From assembly GCF_030538285.1 (NCBI RefSeq), contig NZ_JAUNUG010000006.1:1964-65963 (forward strand): 64,000 bases of DNA, in the 5' to 3' direction. This stretch comes from Corynebacterium sp. Its GTDB lineage: Bacteria; Actinomycetota; Actinomycetes; Mycobacteriales; Mycobacteriaceae. Below the pieces are notes generated by a model that worked only from the letters and a program-made list of their open reading frames with translations, ran no database searches and was not told where the DNA came from. Positions 30,846 to 40,800 of this stretch are shown here, piece by piece. Position 1 is the first letter of the stretch. Each line of letters starts with the position of its first letter. The translations under genes were made by a program, and so were the position numbers.

Positions 30846-31481
30846 TTAGCCGGTGGCGACAGCAAACAGGTACGCAACGAGCATCCGCTTGATCTCGTTG
30901 ACGATCACCTCAAAATGCGCCTCATGCTCCGCATCACGGATAGCAAAATTCAGCAGCGACGACACCGTATGCACCAACAGGCCCGCCAATTGGTAGCGCT
31001 CCTCGTGGGAAGCATCGGGGGCCAGTGGGGCCACCACCTGGGAAATGATGTCCAGCATCTGCTTCTCGGTGGCAGCCGCCGTCGCGCGCGTCGAGGGTGT
31101 CGACTGGACGGCGTGCCATACCGCGCGCCGGGAAGGATCATCGCGCCATAGGCGCGCGAGGTGGTCGATGAAGTCATCGAGGATATCGGGCCACTGCGGG
31201 GCCGGCACCTGGCCCGAGAACTTCATCAACTCGGCGACGTTCTCGGCGGTGTCGACGCGGTCGAGTTCGCAGATGAGGACGTACTTGTTGGCAAAGAACT
31301 GGTACAGGGTGCCAATCGGCACCTCCGCACGCCGGGCGACTTCGTCGAAGGTGAAGGACTCGAAGCCGACGTCGACAAGCACGCTACGAGCGGCCGTGAG
31401 GATCCGGTTGAACCTCTCGCGGCTGCGGGCCTGGGCGGGTCGTCGGCGGGGGACGAGGATGCCGTCTTCCACGTCCTCCAT
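30846..31481 (-). CDS. fasR: TetR family regulator of fatty acid synthesis FasR
   Basis: TetR HTH (FTFDEVARRAEVPIGTLYQFF); position downstream of bcp and near acpS/fas as recalled for C. glutamicum. Confidence 0.82.
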   Translation of the reverse strand: MEDVEDGILVPRRRPAQARSRERFNRILTAARSVLVDVGFESFTFDEVARRAEVPIGTLYQFFANKYVLICELDRVDTAENVAELMKFSGQVPAPQWPDILDDFIDHLARLWRDDPSRRAVWHAVQSTPSTRATAAATEKQMLDIISQVVAPLAPDASHEERYQLAGLLVHTVSSLLNFAIRDAEHEAHFEVIVNEIKRMLVAYLFAVATG

Positions 31482-31957
31482 TAGTTGGCGGGGACCTCGC
31501 GCAGGATGCGGGCGACGTGTCCGGACGCGCGCACGTTGTAGCGGGCCAGCCCGATGGTGCCGTCCGGATCGACGAGGAAGGTCGACCGGATCACGCCCTG
31601 GACGATTTTGCCGTAGTTCTTCTTCTCGCCGAACGCCCCCCACCGCTCCATGACCTGCTTATCGACGTCCGAGAGCAACACAAAGTTCAACCCATGATCC
31701 TCCCGAAACTTCGCCAGCTTCTCCGGCTTATCGGGGGAGATGCCGATCACGGTCACGTCGAGGTTGTTGAGTTCCTCGATGGAGTCGCGGAAGTCGCAGG
31801 CCTGGGTGGTGCAGCCCGGGGTGTTGGCGCGCGGGTAGAAGTAGATGAGTACACGCTGGCCGGCGAAATCCTGGAGCGATACTTCCTGGCCGGTGTCGTC
31901 GGGCAGGGTAAAATCGGGGGCGGTATCGCCTTCGGCAAGACGTGAGGAAACAGTCAT
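31481..31957 (-). CDS. bcp: Peroxiredoxin Bcp/PrxQ
   Basis: YFYPRANTPGCTTQACDFRD. Confidence 0.95.
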   Translation of the reverse strand: MTVSSRLAEGDTAPDFTLPDDTGQEVSLQDFAGQRVLIYFYPRANTPGCTTQACDFRDSIEELNNLDVTVIGISPDKPEKLAKFREDHGLNFVLLSDVDKQVMERWGAFGEKKNYGKIVQGVIRSTFLVDPDGTIGLARYNVRASGHVARILREVPAN

Positions 31958-32045
31958 GTCCTACACCATACCGCCCTCCGTCAACAGATCGCGTTACACT
32001 ACTTAGAAGTAGAACAGATGACCATCAACTAACCGGGAGTTCCAC

Positions 32046-32324
32046 GTGGCACGAGACATCAACGATATCCAGCGAGACATCGAGCGCACCCGTCGCCAGC
32101 TGGCCAGCACCCTCGACGAGCTGGCCACCCGCACCAAGCCGTCGAACCTGGCCGCCGACGCCAAGGTTGAGGCCCAGAACAAGCTGCAGGACCCGCAGGT
32201 GCAGAAGATCCTCGCCGGTGTTGGCGTCGCCGTGCTCGGCCTGGTGACTGTCGTGGTGCTGCGTAACCGCAAGCGCAACAAGGATCTCAAGGAGATTCAG
32301 CGCCTGCTCGCCGCACGCGTATAA
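32046..32324 (+). CDS. DUF3618 protein
   Basis: DIERTRRQLASTLDEL plus C-terminal membrane helix; divergent from bcp. Confidence 0.8.
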   Translation: MARDINDIQRDIERTRRQLASTLDELATRTKPSNLAADAKVEAQNKLQDPQVQKILAGVGVAVLGLVTVVVLRNRKRNKDLKEIQRLLAARV

Positions 32325-32367
32325 AAGCCTTCCGCTTATCGACGGGGCGCCGCTAGGATCTCTCTCC

Positions 32368-32952
32368 ATGCGCGCCCCGTTCGCCGTTCTCGCGGCCTTG
32401 CTGTTCTTGGTTGGTTGCTCTCCGGCGCAGTCGCCGGTGTCTTCGGAGCAGATGGTGTCCGAACGCACCGATGCCATGCCCGCCGAGGCCAACGACACCG
32501 ATGTCCACTTCCTCGGCATGATGGTGCCGCACCATCAGCAGGCCATCGACATGGCCGAGGTGCTGCTCGACTCCGACGTCGATGACGCGGCGCTCCGCGA
32601 CTTGGCGGAGCGAATCCGCGAGGGGCAGGAGCGCGAGAACGCCCAGATGAACGAGTGGGCGAAGGAATGGGGCATCGAGGAGGACATGGAGCTGCATTCG
32701 CGCCACATAGCCAATGGCATGGTCTCGCCCGGGGTCTATGAATCCTTCACCCAATTGGAGGGCGAGGAGCTGCGGACCCGTTTCCTGGAACTCATGCACT
32801 TCCATCACGCGGAGGTCATCGCCATGACCCAGGATCAGGTGGACAACGGCGGATATGCTCCGCTGCGCGATATGGCAACGGAGATGATTGAGGTGCAGAC
32901 CGCGGAGATGCGCGAGATGGAGCAGCTCTACGGTGGCGTGCCGAACCCCTAG
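32368..32952 (+). CDS. DUF305 (CopM-like) lipoprotein
   Basis: Lipobox LVGC; repeated MxPHHxxAIxMA motif. Confidence 0.85.
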   Translation: MRAPFAVLAALLFLVGCSPAQSPVSSEQMVSERTDAMPAEANDTDVHFLGMMVPHHQQAIDMAEVLLDSDVDDAALRDLAERIREGQERENAQMNEWAKEWGIEEDMELHSRHIANGMVSPGVYESFTQLEGEELRTRFLELMHFHHAEVIAMTQDQVDNGGYAPLRDMATEMIEVQTAEMREMEQLYGGVPNP

Positions 32953-34076
32953 CTGATCAGCGCCATCGCTGACAGCTCCCGGATGGGGTGGGTGTTGCGT
33001 CGTGGTGGCCCGCCGTCCGGTGGGTAGTGGACGACTCCGCCGGGTTCTCGTTCCAGGCGGCCGTTGCGTGGTGGGGCGTTGGGGTCGTCGTCGTTGCGGG
33101 CGTTGTGCACCGGGCAGGCGATGCTGAGATTCAGCAGGTTTGTTTCTCCGCCCTGTTTCCATGCCTGCAGGTGGTGTACTTGGCACATGGACGCCGCGGT
33201 GGTGCACTCCGGGAAGGGGCACAGGATGGTCTCCGCGGCCGCCAGCATGCGTTGTTTCCAGTTCGCGTGGCGTTGATCGCGGTAGAGGTTGACCCCACCT
33301 TCGACCGGGTCGTAGATGCCGACCAGCCCGTGGGTGGCCATTTCCTGTTCCACCAACTGTTTGCCGGTGATGGTGGTGCCGTCGGTGAGGGCGAAGATCG
33401 TTTCGTCGCCCTCATGGCGTAGCACCTTGGCGTAATCCGGCAGGGAGATCACCACGTGGGGGATATCTGCCGGACGGCTGCCGGGCACCCCGGATGTCAG
33501 GTGCGCATATGCGGCGTCCGCCATCGCCGGTTCCCAACCCAGGCGTGGGTCCGCGGCGCGGTAGGAGTCCGCGGTCGGCTGGAGCGTGGCGACGATGTGG
33601 GCGATCTGTCGCTCAGGCAGGGTCAGTGTCAGGGTGCGCATGCCCAATGCGTCGGTGTTCTTGCCACCTCGTAGGGCCCGGCGTCCGTGGGCTTTGTTGG
33701 CCGCGTCCTTGACCGTGCGGTTGTGTTCCAAGACGCGGGCCGCGGCCGCGCGGTCTATCTCGGCGACCGACCCCCGCAAGGAACACAACTCCACCCGTAG
33801 CTCTTCCACCGTGACATCCGCACCCTTGAGCAGGTTGCGCAGGTGCTTCTCGATCACCACCACTGCATCCATCGACAACGGTGCCGCCGCTTCCCGCGCC
33901 GCGGCCTGCAGTTTCCGGTAGCGGGTCGGCCCGTAGTATTTGGCGGCGAGCTTCTCCCACAACTTGGCGTCGCGGAAACCCCACTTATCCAGCACGGCGC
34001 GCGTGAGGTCACCGGAGGCCAGTTCCCCCAGTACTTCCATGGCCCGCAGGGCCTGCAGCGCGTCAATGATCTTCAT
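32949..34076 (-). CDS. DUF222-like HNH endonuclease protein
   Basis: CPFPEC...CQVHHLQAWKQGGETNLLNL..ACPVHN. Confidence 0.85.
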   Translation of the reverse strand: MKIIDALQALRAMEVLGELASGDLTRAVLDKWGFRDAKLWEKLAAKYYGPTRYRKLQAAAREAAAPLSMDAVVVIEKHLRNLLKGADVTVEELRVELCSLRGSVAEIDRAAAARVLEHNRTVKDAANKAHGRRALRGGKNTDALGMRTLTLTLPERQIAHIVATLQPTADSYRAADPRLGWEPAMADAAYAHLTSGVPGSRPADIPHVVISLPDYAKVLRHEGDETIFALTDGTTITGKQLVEQEMATHGLVGIYDPVEGGVNLYRDQRHANWKQRMLAAAETILCPFPECTTAASMCQVHHLQAWKQGGETNLLNLSIACPVHNARNDDDPNAPPRNGRLEREPGGVVHYPPDGGPPRRNTHPIRELSAMALIS

Positions 34077-34130
34077 GCCCCGGACGATAAACCGGAATCT
34101 ACGCGGCGTCGATAAGCAACCACCCCAGCC

Positions 34131-34155
34131 TGTGGACAATTCCCACTTATCCACA
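34131..34155. promoter_or_regulatory. Inverted pair of DnaA-type boxes
   Basis: TGTGGACAA-N7-TTATCCACA upstream of the HNH gene. Confidence 0.65.
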
Positions 34156-34187
34156 GAAAACCGTATTCCGGTCACCCGACCAGTTGC

Positions 34188-34679
34188 TTAACCCCGCGGA
34201 ACCACGTAGGAGAGCAGGCGGCAGGAATCCGGTGCCAGCTCACTCCAGGACGGCGCGGACAGCAACGCGATGGCGCTGGTGGGGAATTTGGTGTCGATGC
34301 CCTCCCACCCGGGGTTGTCGTCACGCACAGCCAACTCCCGCACCGCCTCCTCCACGCCGGGCCAATGCGCCAACACCAGCGCCGTGCCCACGGAATCCGG
34401 CAGGGGGCGCAGCAAACGCAACATGTCCTCGGTGCTGCCACCGTAGAGACCATCGTGGAAACTCACCTGCCCGGCCGACAGGCCGGTGCGCTCCCACGTC
34501 AGGCGCGTGCGCGTCGAGGTGGAACTGAGCACCCGGTCAATCTGTCCGACTTCCTCAGCCAGCCACTCGCCGGCGGCCTTCGCGTCCCGGCGGCCGCGCT
34601 TGTTCAGCGGGCGCTGGTGGTCGGGCAGCGGTTCCTTCCACGAGGACTTCGCGTGGCGCATGATGATCAGGCGGTTCAT
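34188..34679 (-). CDS. SixA-like phosphohistidine phosphatase
   Basis: MRHAKSSW...DHQRPLNKRG; KFPTSAIA. Confidence 0.85.
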   Translation of the reverse strand: MNRLIIMRHAKSSWKEPLPDHQRPLNKRGRRDAKAAGEWLAEEVGQIDRVLSSTSTRTRLTWERTGLSAGQVSFHDGLYGGSTEDMLRLLRPLPDSVGTALVLAHWPGVEEAVRELAVRDDNPGWEGIDTKFPTSAIALLSAPSWSELAPDSCRLLSYVVPRG

Positions 34680-34683
34680 GGCA

Positions 34684-35238
34684 TCAGCTTAACTGCGCGC
34701 CGGCGGAGACGAGTTCCTGCAAGGCGGCCTCGCCGCGTTCCTCGTCGACGGGGGCGCATAGGTCGGTGAGCACGCGCACCTCGAAACCCTCGCGCAGCGC
34801 ATCCAGGGTGGTCGCTCGCACGCAATGGTCGGTGGCGATCCCCACCACGTCCAGCTTCTCGACGCCCCGTTCCCGCAACCACTCCGCCATCCCGACACCG
34901 TCGGCCGCGCCCTCGAAACCCGAGTATGCGGCGGTGTACTCGCCCTTGCGGAAGTACGCCTCGATAGGCTCCGTGCCCACCGCGGGGTGCAGTTCGGCCC
35001 CCTTGGAGTCGGCGACGCAGTGCACCGGCCAGGAGTCCACGAAGTCGGGGTTGTCGGAGAAATGCGATCCGGGGTCGATATGCCAGTCCTGGGTGGCCAC
35101 CACATGGTCGTAGCGGGAACCGTGGGAATCCTGGTACTCACCGATCGCGGCGGCGACCTCCGCACCACGTTCGGTAGCGAGCGACCCACCGGGGCAGAAG
35201 TCGTTCTGGACGTCAACGATGACTAGTGCGGTTTTCAT
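34684..35238 (-). CDS. pncA: Nicotinamidase / pyrazinamidase
   Basis: VDVQNDFCPGGSL, WPVHC, GIATDHCV. Confidence 0.95.
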   Translation of the reverse strand: MKTALVIVDVQNDFCPGGSLATERGAEVAAAIGEYQDSHGSRYDHVVATQDWHIDPGSHFSDNPDFVDSWPVHCVADSKGAELHPAVGTEPIEAYFRKGEYTAAYSGFEGAADGVGMAEWLRERGVEKLDVVGIATDHCVRATTLDALREGFEVRVLTDLCAPVDEERGEAALQELVSAGAQLS

Positions 35239-35247
35239 GCCCCCACT

Positions 35248-35742
35248 CTAGGCGTCCAGCCAGTTCCCGATCTGCGCCACCAACACGGAGGGGGAGTGGG
35301 CCACATCGAATTCGCACCCCGCCTCGTCCGCGCCCAAGGGCTCCAACACCGCCAACTGGGAGTCGAGCAAGCTGGCGGGCATGAAGTGCCCGCGGCGTTT
35401 CCCCATCCTTTCGGCCAACACCGCCTGCTCCCCTTGGAGGTGAACGAACCGGACTCCCGGCACAGCAGTGCGCAGCAGGTCACGGTAGGGGCGTTTCAAA
35501 GCGGAGCAGGCGATGACCCCGCCTGCGGGGCGTTGCGCGAGCCAGCGGCCGACGGCCTGGAGCCATGGCCTGCGATCTTCATCGGTGAGGGGTTCGCCGA
35601 CAGTCATCTTGGCGATGTTGGGCGGGGGATGCAGGTCATCGCCGTCGAGCCAGGGGAGATCGAGGGCGTCGGCAAGCAGCTTGCCGACAGTGCTTTTGCC
35701 GGTGCCGGATGTCCCCATGACAATGATGTGTGGACCTGTCAT
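35248..35742 (-). CDS. gntK: Gluconokinase
   Basis: MGTSGTGKST, DGDDLHP, ACSALKR, HFMPASLLDSQ. Confidence 0.92.
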   Translation of the reverse strand: MTGPHIIVMGTSGTGKSTVGKLLADALDLPWLDGDDLHPPPNIAKMTVGEPLTDEDRRPWLQAVGRWLAQRPAGGVIACSALKRPYRDLLRTAVPGVRFVHLQGEQAVLAERMGKRRGHFMPASLLDSQLAVLEPLGADEAGCEFDVAHSPSVLVAQIGNWLDA

Positions 35743-35775
35743 GCCCCGCATCCTATCGTCGGTAGGCTCGACTCC

Positions 35776-37026
35776 ATGCAGATGCCGATCCCGGATTACC
35801 TGAACGAAATCCTCGACCACGTCCGCGACGATGATGGCGGCGAGGTCGCCGACTATATTCCGGAGCTCGCTGATGCCGACCCGGATCGCCTGGCCATCGC
35901 CCTGTGCACCGCCTCGGGCCATATCTATGTTGCCGGCCCGGATGCGGAGGTGGAGTTCACCATCCAGTCGATCTCCAAGCCCTTCGTGTTCGCCCTGGCG
36001 CTGCAGGAACTGGGCCCGGAGAAGGTGCTCGATGTTGTCGGTCTGGAGCCCTCCGGCGAGGCTTTCAACGAGCTTTCCCTCGATGACAATGACAAGCGTC
36101 CGGTTAACCCGATGATCAATGCCGGCGCCATCGCTGTCAATCAGCTGATCAACGGGGAGGATTCCTCCGTGGAGGATCGGGTGGAGAAGATCCGGGATCT
36201 CTTTTCCCGGCTGGCCGGCCGGAAGCTGACTATCGACGCCGAGTTGTCCGCCTCCGAGCTCGAGGGCGCGGACCGTAACCTCTCGATCGCGCACATGCTG
36301 CGCAGCTACGACATCATCAAAGACGATGCCCACGACGCCGTCCTGTCCTACACCCACCAGTGCTCCATCCTGGTCACTACCCGCGACTTGTCGGTCATGT
36401 CCGCCACCTTGGCCAATGGCGGTACGCAGCCGGTAACGGGGGAGCGGATCCTGAGCAAGGAGGCCTGCCGTCTGACGCTGGCGGTGATGAGCTCCGCCGG
36501 CATGTACGACGGGGCCGGCCGCTGGATGGCTGGGGTGGGCATTCCCGCCAAATCGGGTGTGGCCGGCGGGCTCATCGGTACCCTGCCCGGGCAGTTGGGC
36601 ATCGCCACGTTCTCCCCGCGCCTGGATTCGCAGGGCAACTCGGTGCGCGGCGTGAAGATCTTCGAGCACCTCTCCCGCGACATGGGCCTGCACCTGATGT
36701 CCTCCGACCAGCATTCCGTGCCGGGCGTGCGCTCGATCACCCGCGACGGCGACACCACGATCATCCGCCTGCAGGGCACCATCAACTTCACCGCCGCGGA
36801 GAACATCCTCCACCAGTTGACGACCCACAACCTGGGCGGCGATGAGCTGGTCCTCGATGTCTCGCGTGTGACGTCCTTCAACCGCATGGGCCGCCGGATG
36901 GTCAAGGAGGGCTTGCGCCGCCTGCGCGAGGGTGGTTTCGAGTGCGCCATCTATGACCCGGAGGGCGTGGTCACCGATCTCGAGTTCTCCGACGGCACCA
37001 CAGCCGACACGGTGGATGCTTTCTGA
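35776..37026 (+). CDS. glsK: Glutaminase with C-terminal STAS-like domain
   Basis: ADYIPEL, QSISKP, NPMINAGA, PAKSGVAG. Confidence 0.93.
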   Translation: MQMPIPDYLNEILDHVRDDDGGEVADYIPELADADPDRLAIALCTASGHIYVAGPDAEVEFTIQSISKPFVFALALQELGPEKVLDVVGLEPSGEAFNELSLDDNDKRPVNPMINAGAIAVNQLINGEDSSVEDRVEKIRDLFSRLAGRKLTIDAELSASELEGADRNLSIAHMLRSYDIIKDDAHDAVLSYTHQCSILVTTRDLSVMSATLANGGTQPVTGERILSKEACRLTLAVMSSAGMYDGAGRWMAGVGIPAKSGVAGGLIGTLPGQLGIATFSPRLDSQGNSVRGVKIFEHLSRDMGLHLMSSDQHSVPGVRSITRDGDTTIIRLQGTINFTAAENILHQLTTHNLGGDELVLDVSRVTSFNRMGRRMVKEGLRRLREGGFECAIYDPEGVVTDLEFSDGTTADTVDAF

Positions 37027-37325
37027 TGGTCTGGATCGTTTACGGCGCGGCCTTCGCCGTGGTGGTGGCCGTGTTCGCGTTGGCGCCGCGCACCGGTGGG
37101 GGTCGCGGTTTCCCCTGGTTCTGGGTGGTGTTTCCGCTGTCGATGTTGGCGATTGGGGCGTCGATAATGTTCTGGGCTGACTTCGGGCCGCAGACCTTCG
37201 ACGTCTTCGGCGGCCCCGGTTATGACTACTTCTTCTTCTGGAACCTCGCCGCCACCGCCTGGCCGATCCTGGCGCTGCTCGGCGCGGGCTTGTCCTTTTG
37301 GGCCTGGCGTAAGGGGTGGCGTTGA
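37026..37325 (+). CDS. Small three-helix membrane protein
   Basis: TGATG overlap with glutaminase stop; hydrophobic and Trp/Phe-rich. Confidence 0.65.
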   Translation: MVWIVYGAAFAVVVAVFALAPRTGGGRGFPWFWVVFPLSMLAIGASIMFWADFGPQTFDVFGGPGYDYFFFWNLAATAWPILALLGAGLSFWAWRKGWR

Positions 37326-37648
37326 TGGCGGCGGAAGGTCTCATTGTGCTCGGGTTGTTCGCCGTGCTCATCGTTGTGCTGGTTGCGGTCACCGCTTATC
37401 GACGCCCCACCTCCCCTTCCTTCTGGGTCGCTTTCCCCCTCACCTGCCTGTCGGCAGTGTTTCTGCTGCATCGCTTCCTCCCGGTATCACCGATCTCCGC
37501 CGCCTACGGCTGGAGCGTGTACATGCCGTTGCCCGGCTCCGGCTTTCTCACTCCCTCTCCTTGGGAGCCGATCATGTGGTCCGCGTTGTTAATCGTCGGA
37601 GTGCTCGCGTCAGTGTGGACCTGGCGCCGGGGTAGTGTCGAGGAATGA
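37325..37648 (+). CDS. Small three-helix membrane protein, probable paralogue of the preceding gene
   Basis: TGATG overlap; shares FWVxFPL and WxWR[KR]G motifs. Confidence 0.62.
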   Translation: MAAEGLIVLGLFAVLIVVLVAVTAYRRPTSPSFWVAFPLTCLSAVFLLHRFLPVSPISAAYGWSVYMPLPGSGFLTPSPWEPIMWSALLIVGVLASVWTWRRGSVEE

Positions 37649-38307
37649 TTCAGGCCGTCTCCTTCGGGTTGTTGGATTCCCTCAACGCCCTGCTCATCGG
37701 CGTCATCGTGGCGCTCGGTGTGATGTTGCCCCGCAAGGCTTCTTATCGACGCATCGTCACCCTCCTCATCGCCGGTGACTGGTTCGGCGTCTTCCTGTTG
37801 TCCTTCATCACGATGGTCATCTTCGACGGCATCCGCGACCTCGTGCAGCAGGCCCTGGAATCCCCGGTCTTCGGCATCCTTTTGCTGGCCACCGGCGTGC
37901 TCACCTTCTTCGCCACCTGGCGCAGCGATGGCTCGGGCGATTCCCCCTTGGTGCGCCGCATCCTCGAACCCCTGCAGACACCGTCCTCTAAGACCGTGGT
38001 GGTGGGCTTCATCCTCGGGCTCGCCCAATCGGCGACATCCATCCCGTTCTTCACCGGCCTGGCCTTCCTCTCCGCGGGGGACTACCACGCGGCGGTACGC
38101 TACGGCGGCCTGGTCATCTACGCCTCCCTGGCGCTGAGCCTGCCCGCCCTCTCGGCGGTCTTCGTCGGCCTGGTCCGCGCCTACCCGCACTCCGTGTTCG
38201 GGAGGGCCTTCGAGTGGATGCGCGACAACCGTGAGCCGGTGGTCAAACTCGCCGGCTACATTGTCGCCGTGGCACTGTCGGTCTTCGGCGTGGTGAAGCT
38301 GCTGTAG
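37645..38307 (+). CDS. GAP/Sap-family membrane protein
   Basis: N-terminal LLDSLN, six helices, TSIPFF. Confidence 0.7.
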   Translation: MIQAVSFGLLDSLNALLIGVIVALGVMLPRKASYRRIVTLLIAGDWFGVFLLSFITMVIFDGIRDLVQQALESPVFGILLLATGVLTFFATWRSDGSGDSPLVRRILEPLQTPSSKTVVVGFILGLAQSATSIPFFTGLAFLSAGDYHAAVRYGGLVIYASLALSLPALSAVFVGLVRAYPHSVFGRAFEWMRDNREPVVKLAGYIVAVALSVFGVVKLL

Positions 38308-38354
38308 AGTCAAAGGAAAAACACCGCCTGCGCTGGGCGGACGGTGCTATTTAG

Positions 38355-38430
38355 TGGTGCGCCATCAGGGACTCGAACCCCGAACCCACTGATTAAGAGT
38401 CAGTTGCTCTACCAATTGAGCTAATGGCGC
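38355..38430 (-). tRNA. tRNA-Lys (anticodon CTT)
   Basis: Reverse complement GCGCCATTAGCTCAATTGG...ACTCTTAAT...GTTCGAGTCC...GGCGCACCA. Confidence 0.97.
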
Positions 38431-38639
38431 TGGTGTCTTCCGGGCTGACCGGGCAACGAAGAAAAATATAACAGGCAATAGTGCAACCTACAAAATCGCC
38501 TGGTCAGGGCACTACTTTACGTGTTGTTCATGAAACGGGGGTGACTTGCGGTTGGGCGGTGAGTGATACGGGACGTAAGGTGTCTAGTTGTTCAGGGGTA
38601 GCCGCGTGCGCCCGGCGATTAATTGCGCATGAGGTCGAT

Positions 38640-39836
38640 GTGAAGGTCAGTTTCTCCCGACGGGGCCGCTTGGTGGCGTTGATGATGGCGGCGGTTGTGA
38701 TGTCGGGGACGCTGGCATCGTGCACGATTGACACGGCGTCGGAAAGCGAGGCGGCAGCCGAGACGACGACGTCGCAGGCTCCCGCCCCGCTCAAGGTGTC
38801 CGTCAAGGACGGCGCTGAGAAGGTGGATCCCTCGGTGCCGGTGACGGTGACCTCAGGCACCGAATTGGTCGATGTGACCATGACGAACCAGTACGGCAAC
38901 CTCGTCAAGTCGAAGCTGTCGGCGGATAAGAAGTCGTGGACGAGCGATGAGGTGCTCGGTTACAACCGCACCTACACCATCGTCGCGGAGGATAAGGCGG
39001 GGAAGTCGACGACCACGACGTTCAGCACCCCCAGCCCGGCGATGGTGTCCAACGTCTCGCTGGCGCCTCTCGACGGCTCGGAGGTCGGCGTCGCACAGAC
39101 CATCACCATTCGTTTCGGCACCGCGATCCGTGATCGGCAGGCGGCGCAGGACGCGGTGACCATCACCACCTCGCCGAAGGTGGAGGGTGCGTTCTACTGG
39201 CTGAATAATTCGGAGCTGCGCTGGCGGCCGGAGAATTTCTGGAAGCCGGGCACCAAGGTCACCGTGGAGGCCGATATTTACGGCCAGGCGCTGGGCGGTG
39301 GTACCTATGGTGCGGACAACAACAAGATGAGCTTCACCATCGGTGATGATGTGCGCACCGTCGTCGATGACGCCACCAAGACGATGACCGTCTACCGCGG
39401 CGAGGAGAAGCTGCGCACCATCCCGGTGTCGCTGGGGCGTGACACGGAGCGTTGGGCAACGCCGAACGGAACGTACATCGTGGGTGATCAGCACTCGTCG
39501 ATGGTGATGGACTCGATGACTTACGGTCTTGCCTATGACCAGGGCGGATACAAGACACCGGTGTCCTATGCGACGCAGATGTCCTGGTCCGGAATCTATG
39601 TCCACGGTGCCCCCTGGTCCGTGGGGGACCAGGGTCGCCGCAACGTCTCCCACGGCTGCATCAACGTCACCAACGAGGCCGCCCAGTGGTTCATGAACAC
39701 CGTTAAGCGCGGTGATCCGGTCGAGGTGAAAAACACCGTCGGCGGCACCCTCTCGGGTTATGACGGCCTGGGCGACTGGAACATTCCGTGGTCGACGTGG
39801 AAGAAGGGCAACGTCGACGACGCGCCCTCCTGGTAA
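38640..39836 (+). CDS. L,D-transpeptidase lipoprotein (LppS / LdtB-like)
   Basis: Lipobox LASC, Ig-like domains, YVHGAPW...SHGCIN. Confidence 0.92.
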   Translation: MKVSFSRRGRLVALMMAAVVMSGTLASCTIDTASESEAAAETTTSQAPAPLKVSVKDGAEKVDPSVPVTVTSGTELVDVTMTNQYGNLVKSKLSADKKSWTSDEVLGYNRTYTIVAEDKAGKSTTTTFSTPSPAMVSNVSLAPLDGSEVGVAQTITIRFGTAIRDRQAAQDAVTITTSPKVEGAFYWLNNSELRWRPENFWKPGTKVTVEADIYGQALGGGTYGADNNKMSFTIGDDVRTVVDDATKTMTVYRGEEKLRTIPVSLGRDTERWATPNGTYIVGDQHSSMVMDSMTYGLAYDQGGYKTPVSYATQMSWSGIYVHGAPWSVGDQGRRNVSHGCINVTNEAAQWFMNTVKRGDPVEVKNTVGGTLSGYDGLGDWNIPWSTWKKGNVDDAPSW

Positions 39837-40721
39837 CTACGGGGTCGGGGTACCGCCGGTCACACCGAGCGTCTCGCCCATGACATAAGACGCCTCATCG
39901 GAGGCGAGGAAGACATAGGCGCCCGCCAGCTCCGCCGGCTGGCCGGCGCGACCCACGGGTGCATGCTGGCCGAAGCCCTCGAGCTTCTCCGGGGGCTGCC
40001 CGTGGGAGGGCTGCAGGGGAGTCCACACCGGGCCCGGCGCGACGGCGTTGACGCGGATACCCTCCGGTGCCAGCTGTTCTGCCAGCCCCTTGGAGAGATT
40101 GTTCTGCGCCGCCTTGGTCAGGGCGTAGTCGAGCAGGTGCGGGGAAGGGTTGTAGGCCTGGATCGACGAGGTGAAGATGATCGAGGATCCTGCCTTCATG
40201 TGCGCCAGCGCCGCCTTGGTGACGCGGAAGTAGGAGTAGATGTTGGCCTTCATGGTGGCGTCGAAATCCTCGTCGGGGATGTTCTCGATGCCGTCGTGCC
40301 AGATCTGGCGGGAGGCGTTGTTGACCAGGATGTCCAGACCGCCGAAGGCTTCGACGGTGTCGGCGACGATCTTCTCGCACTGGGCGAGTTCGCACAGGTC
40401 GCCGGGCAGGGCCAGGGCCTTCTGGCCGGCGTCCTCGATGGCCTGGATGATCTTGTCGGCGTCCTCCTGCTCGGCGGGGAGGTAGGAGATGGCGACGTCG
40501 GCGCCTTCGCGTGCATAGGCGATGGCGACGGCCGCGCCGATACCGGAATCGCCGCCGGTGATCAGTGCCTTGCGGCCCTTGAGGCGGCCGGAGCCCTGGT
40601 AGCTGTCGAGACCGAGGTCGGCCTGCGGCTCCAGCTTGGCGTCCAGGCCCGGATGGGGCTGTTCCTGCAGCGGGGGATCGATCTTGGGGTGGAGGGTGCG
40701 GGGATCGTTGATGTCGGCCAT
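39837..40721 (-). CDS. SDR oxidoreductase (YghA-like)
   Basis: ITGGDSGIG, YALTK, GRAGQPAE. Confidence 0.9.
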   Translation of the reverse strand: MADINDPRTLHPKIDPPLQEQPHPGLDAKLEPQADLGLDSYQGSGRLKGRKALITGGDSGIGAAVAIAYAREGADVAISYLPAEQEDADKIIQAIEDAGQKALALPGDLCELAQCEKIVADTVEAFGGLDILVNNASRQIWHDGIENIPDEDFDATMKANIYSYFRVTKAALAHMKAGSSIIFTSSIQAYNPSPHLLDYALTKAAQNNLSKGLAEQLAPEGIRVNAVAPGPVWTPLQPSHGQPPEKLEGFGQHAPVGRAGQPAELAGAYVFLASDEASYVMGETLGVTGGTPTP

Positions 40722-40800
40722 TGTGACCTTCCTTTCATTAGTGGTCGTGCATCCGAGGATACGGAAAGTTATGCCCGCCCGTGGCTGGCATGGTGGAGGC

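Noticed and set aside
35296-37392. Extended overlapping ORFs for gluconokinase (714 aa) and glutaminase (576 aa)
   Set aside because: Each extension is the antisense shadow of the other gene; the supported starts are 35742 and 35776.
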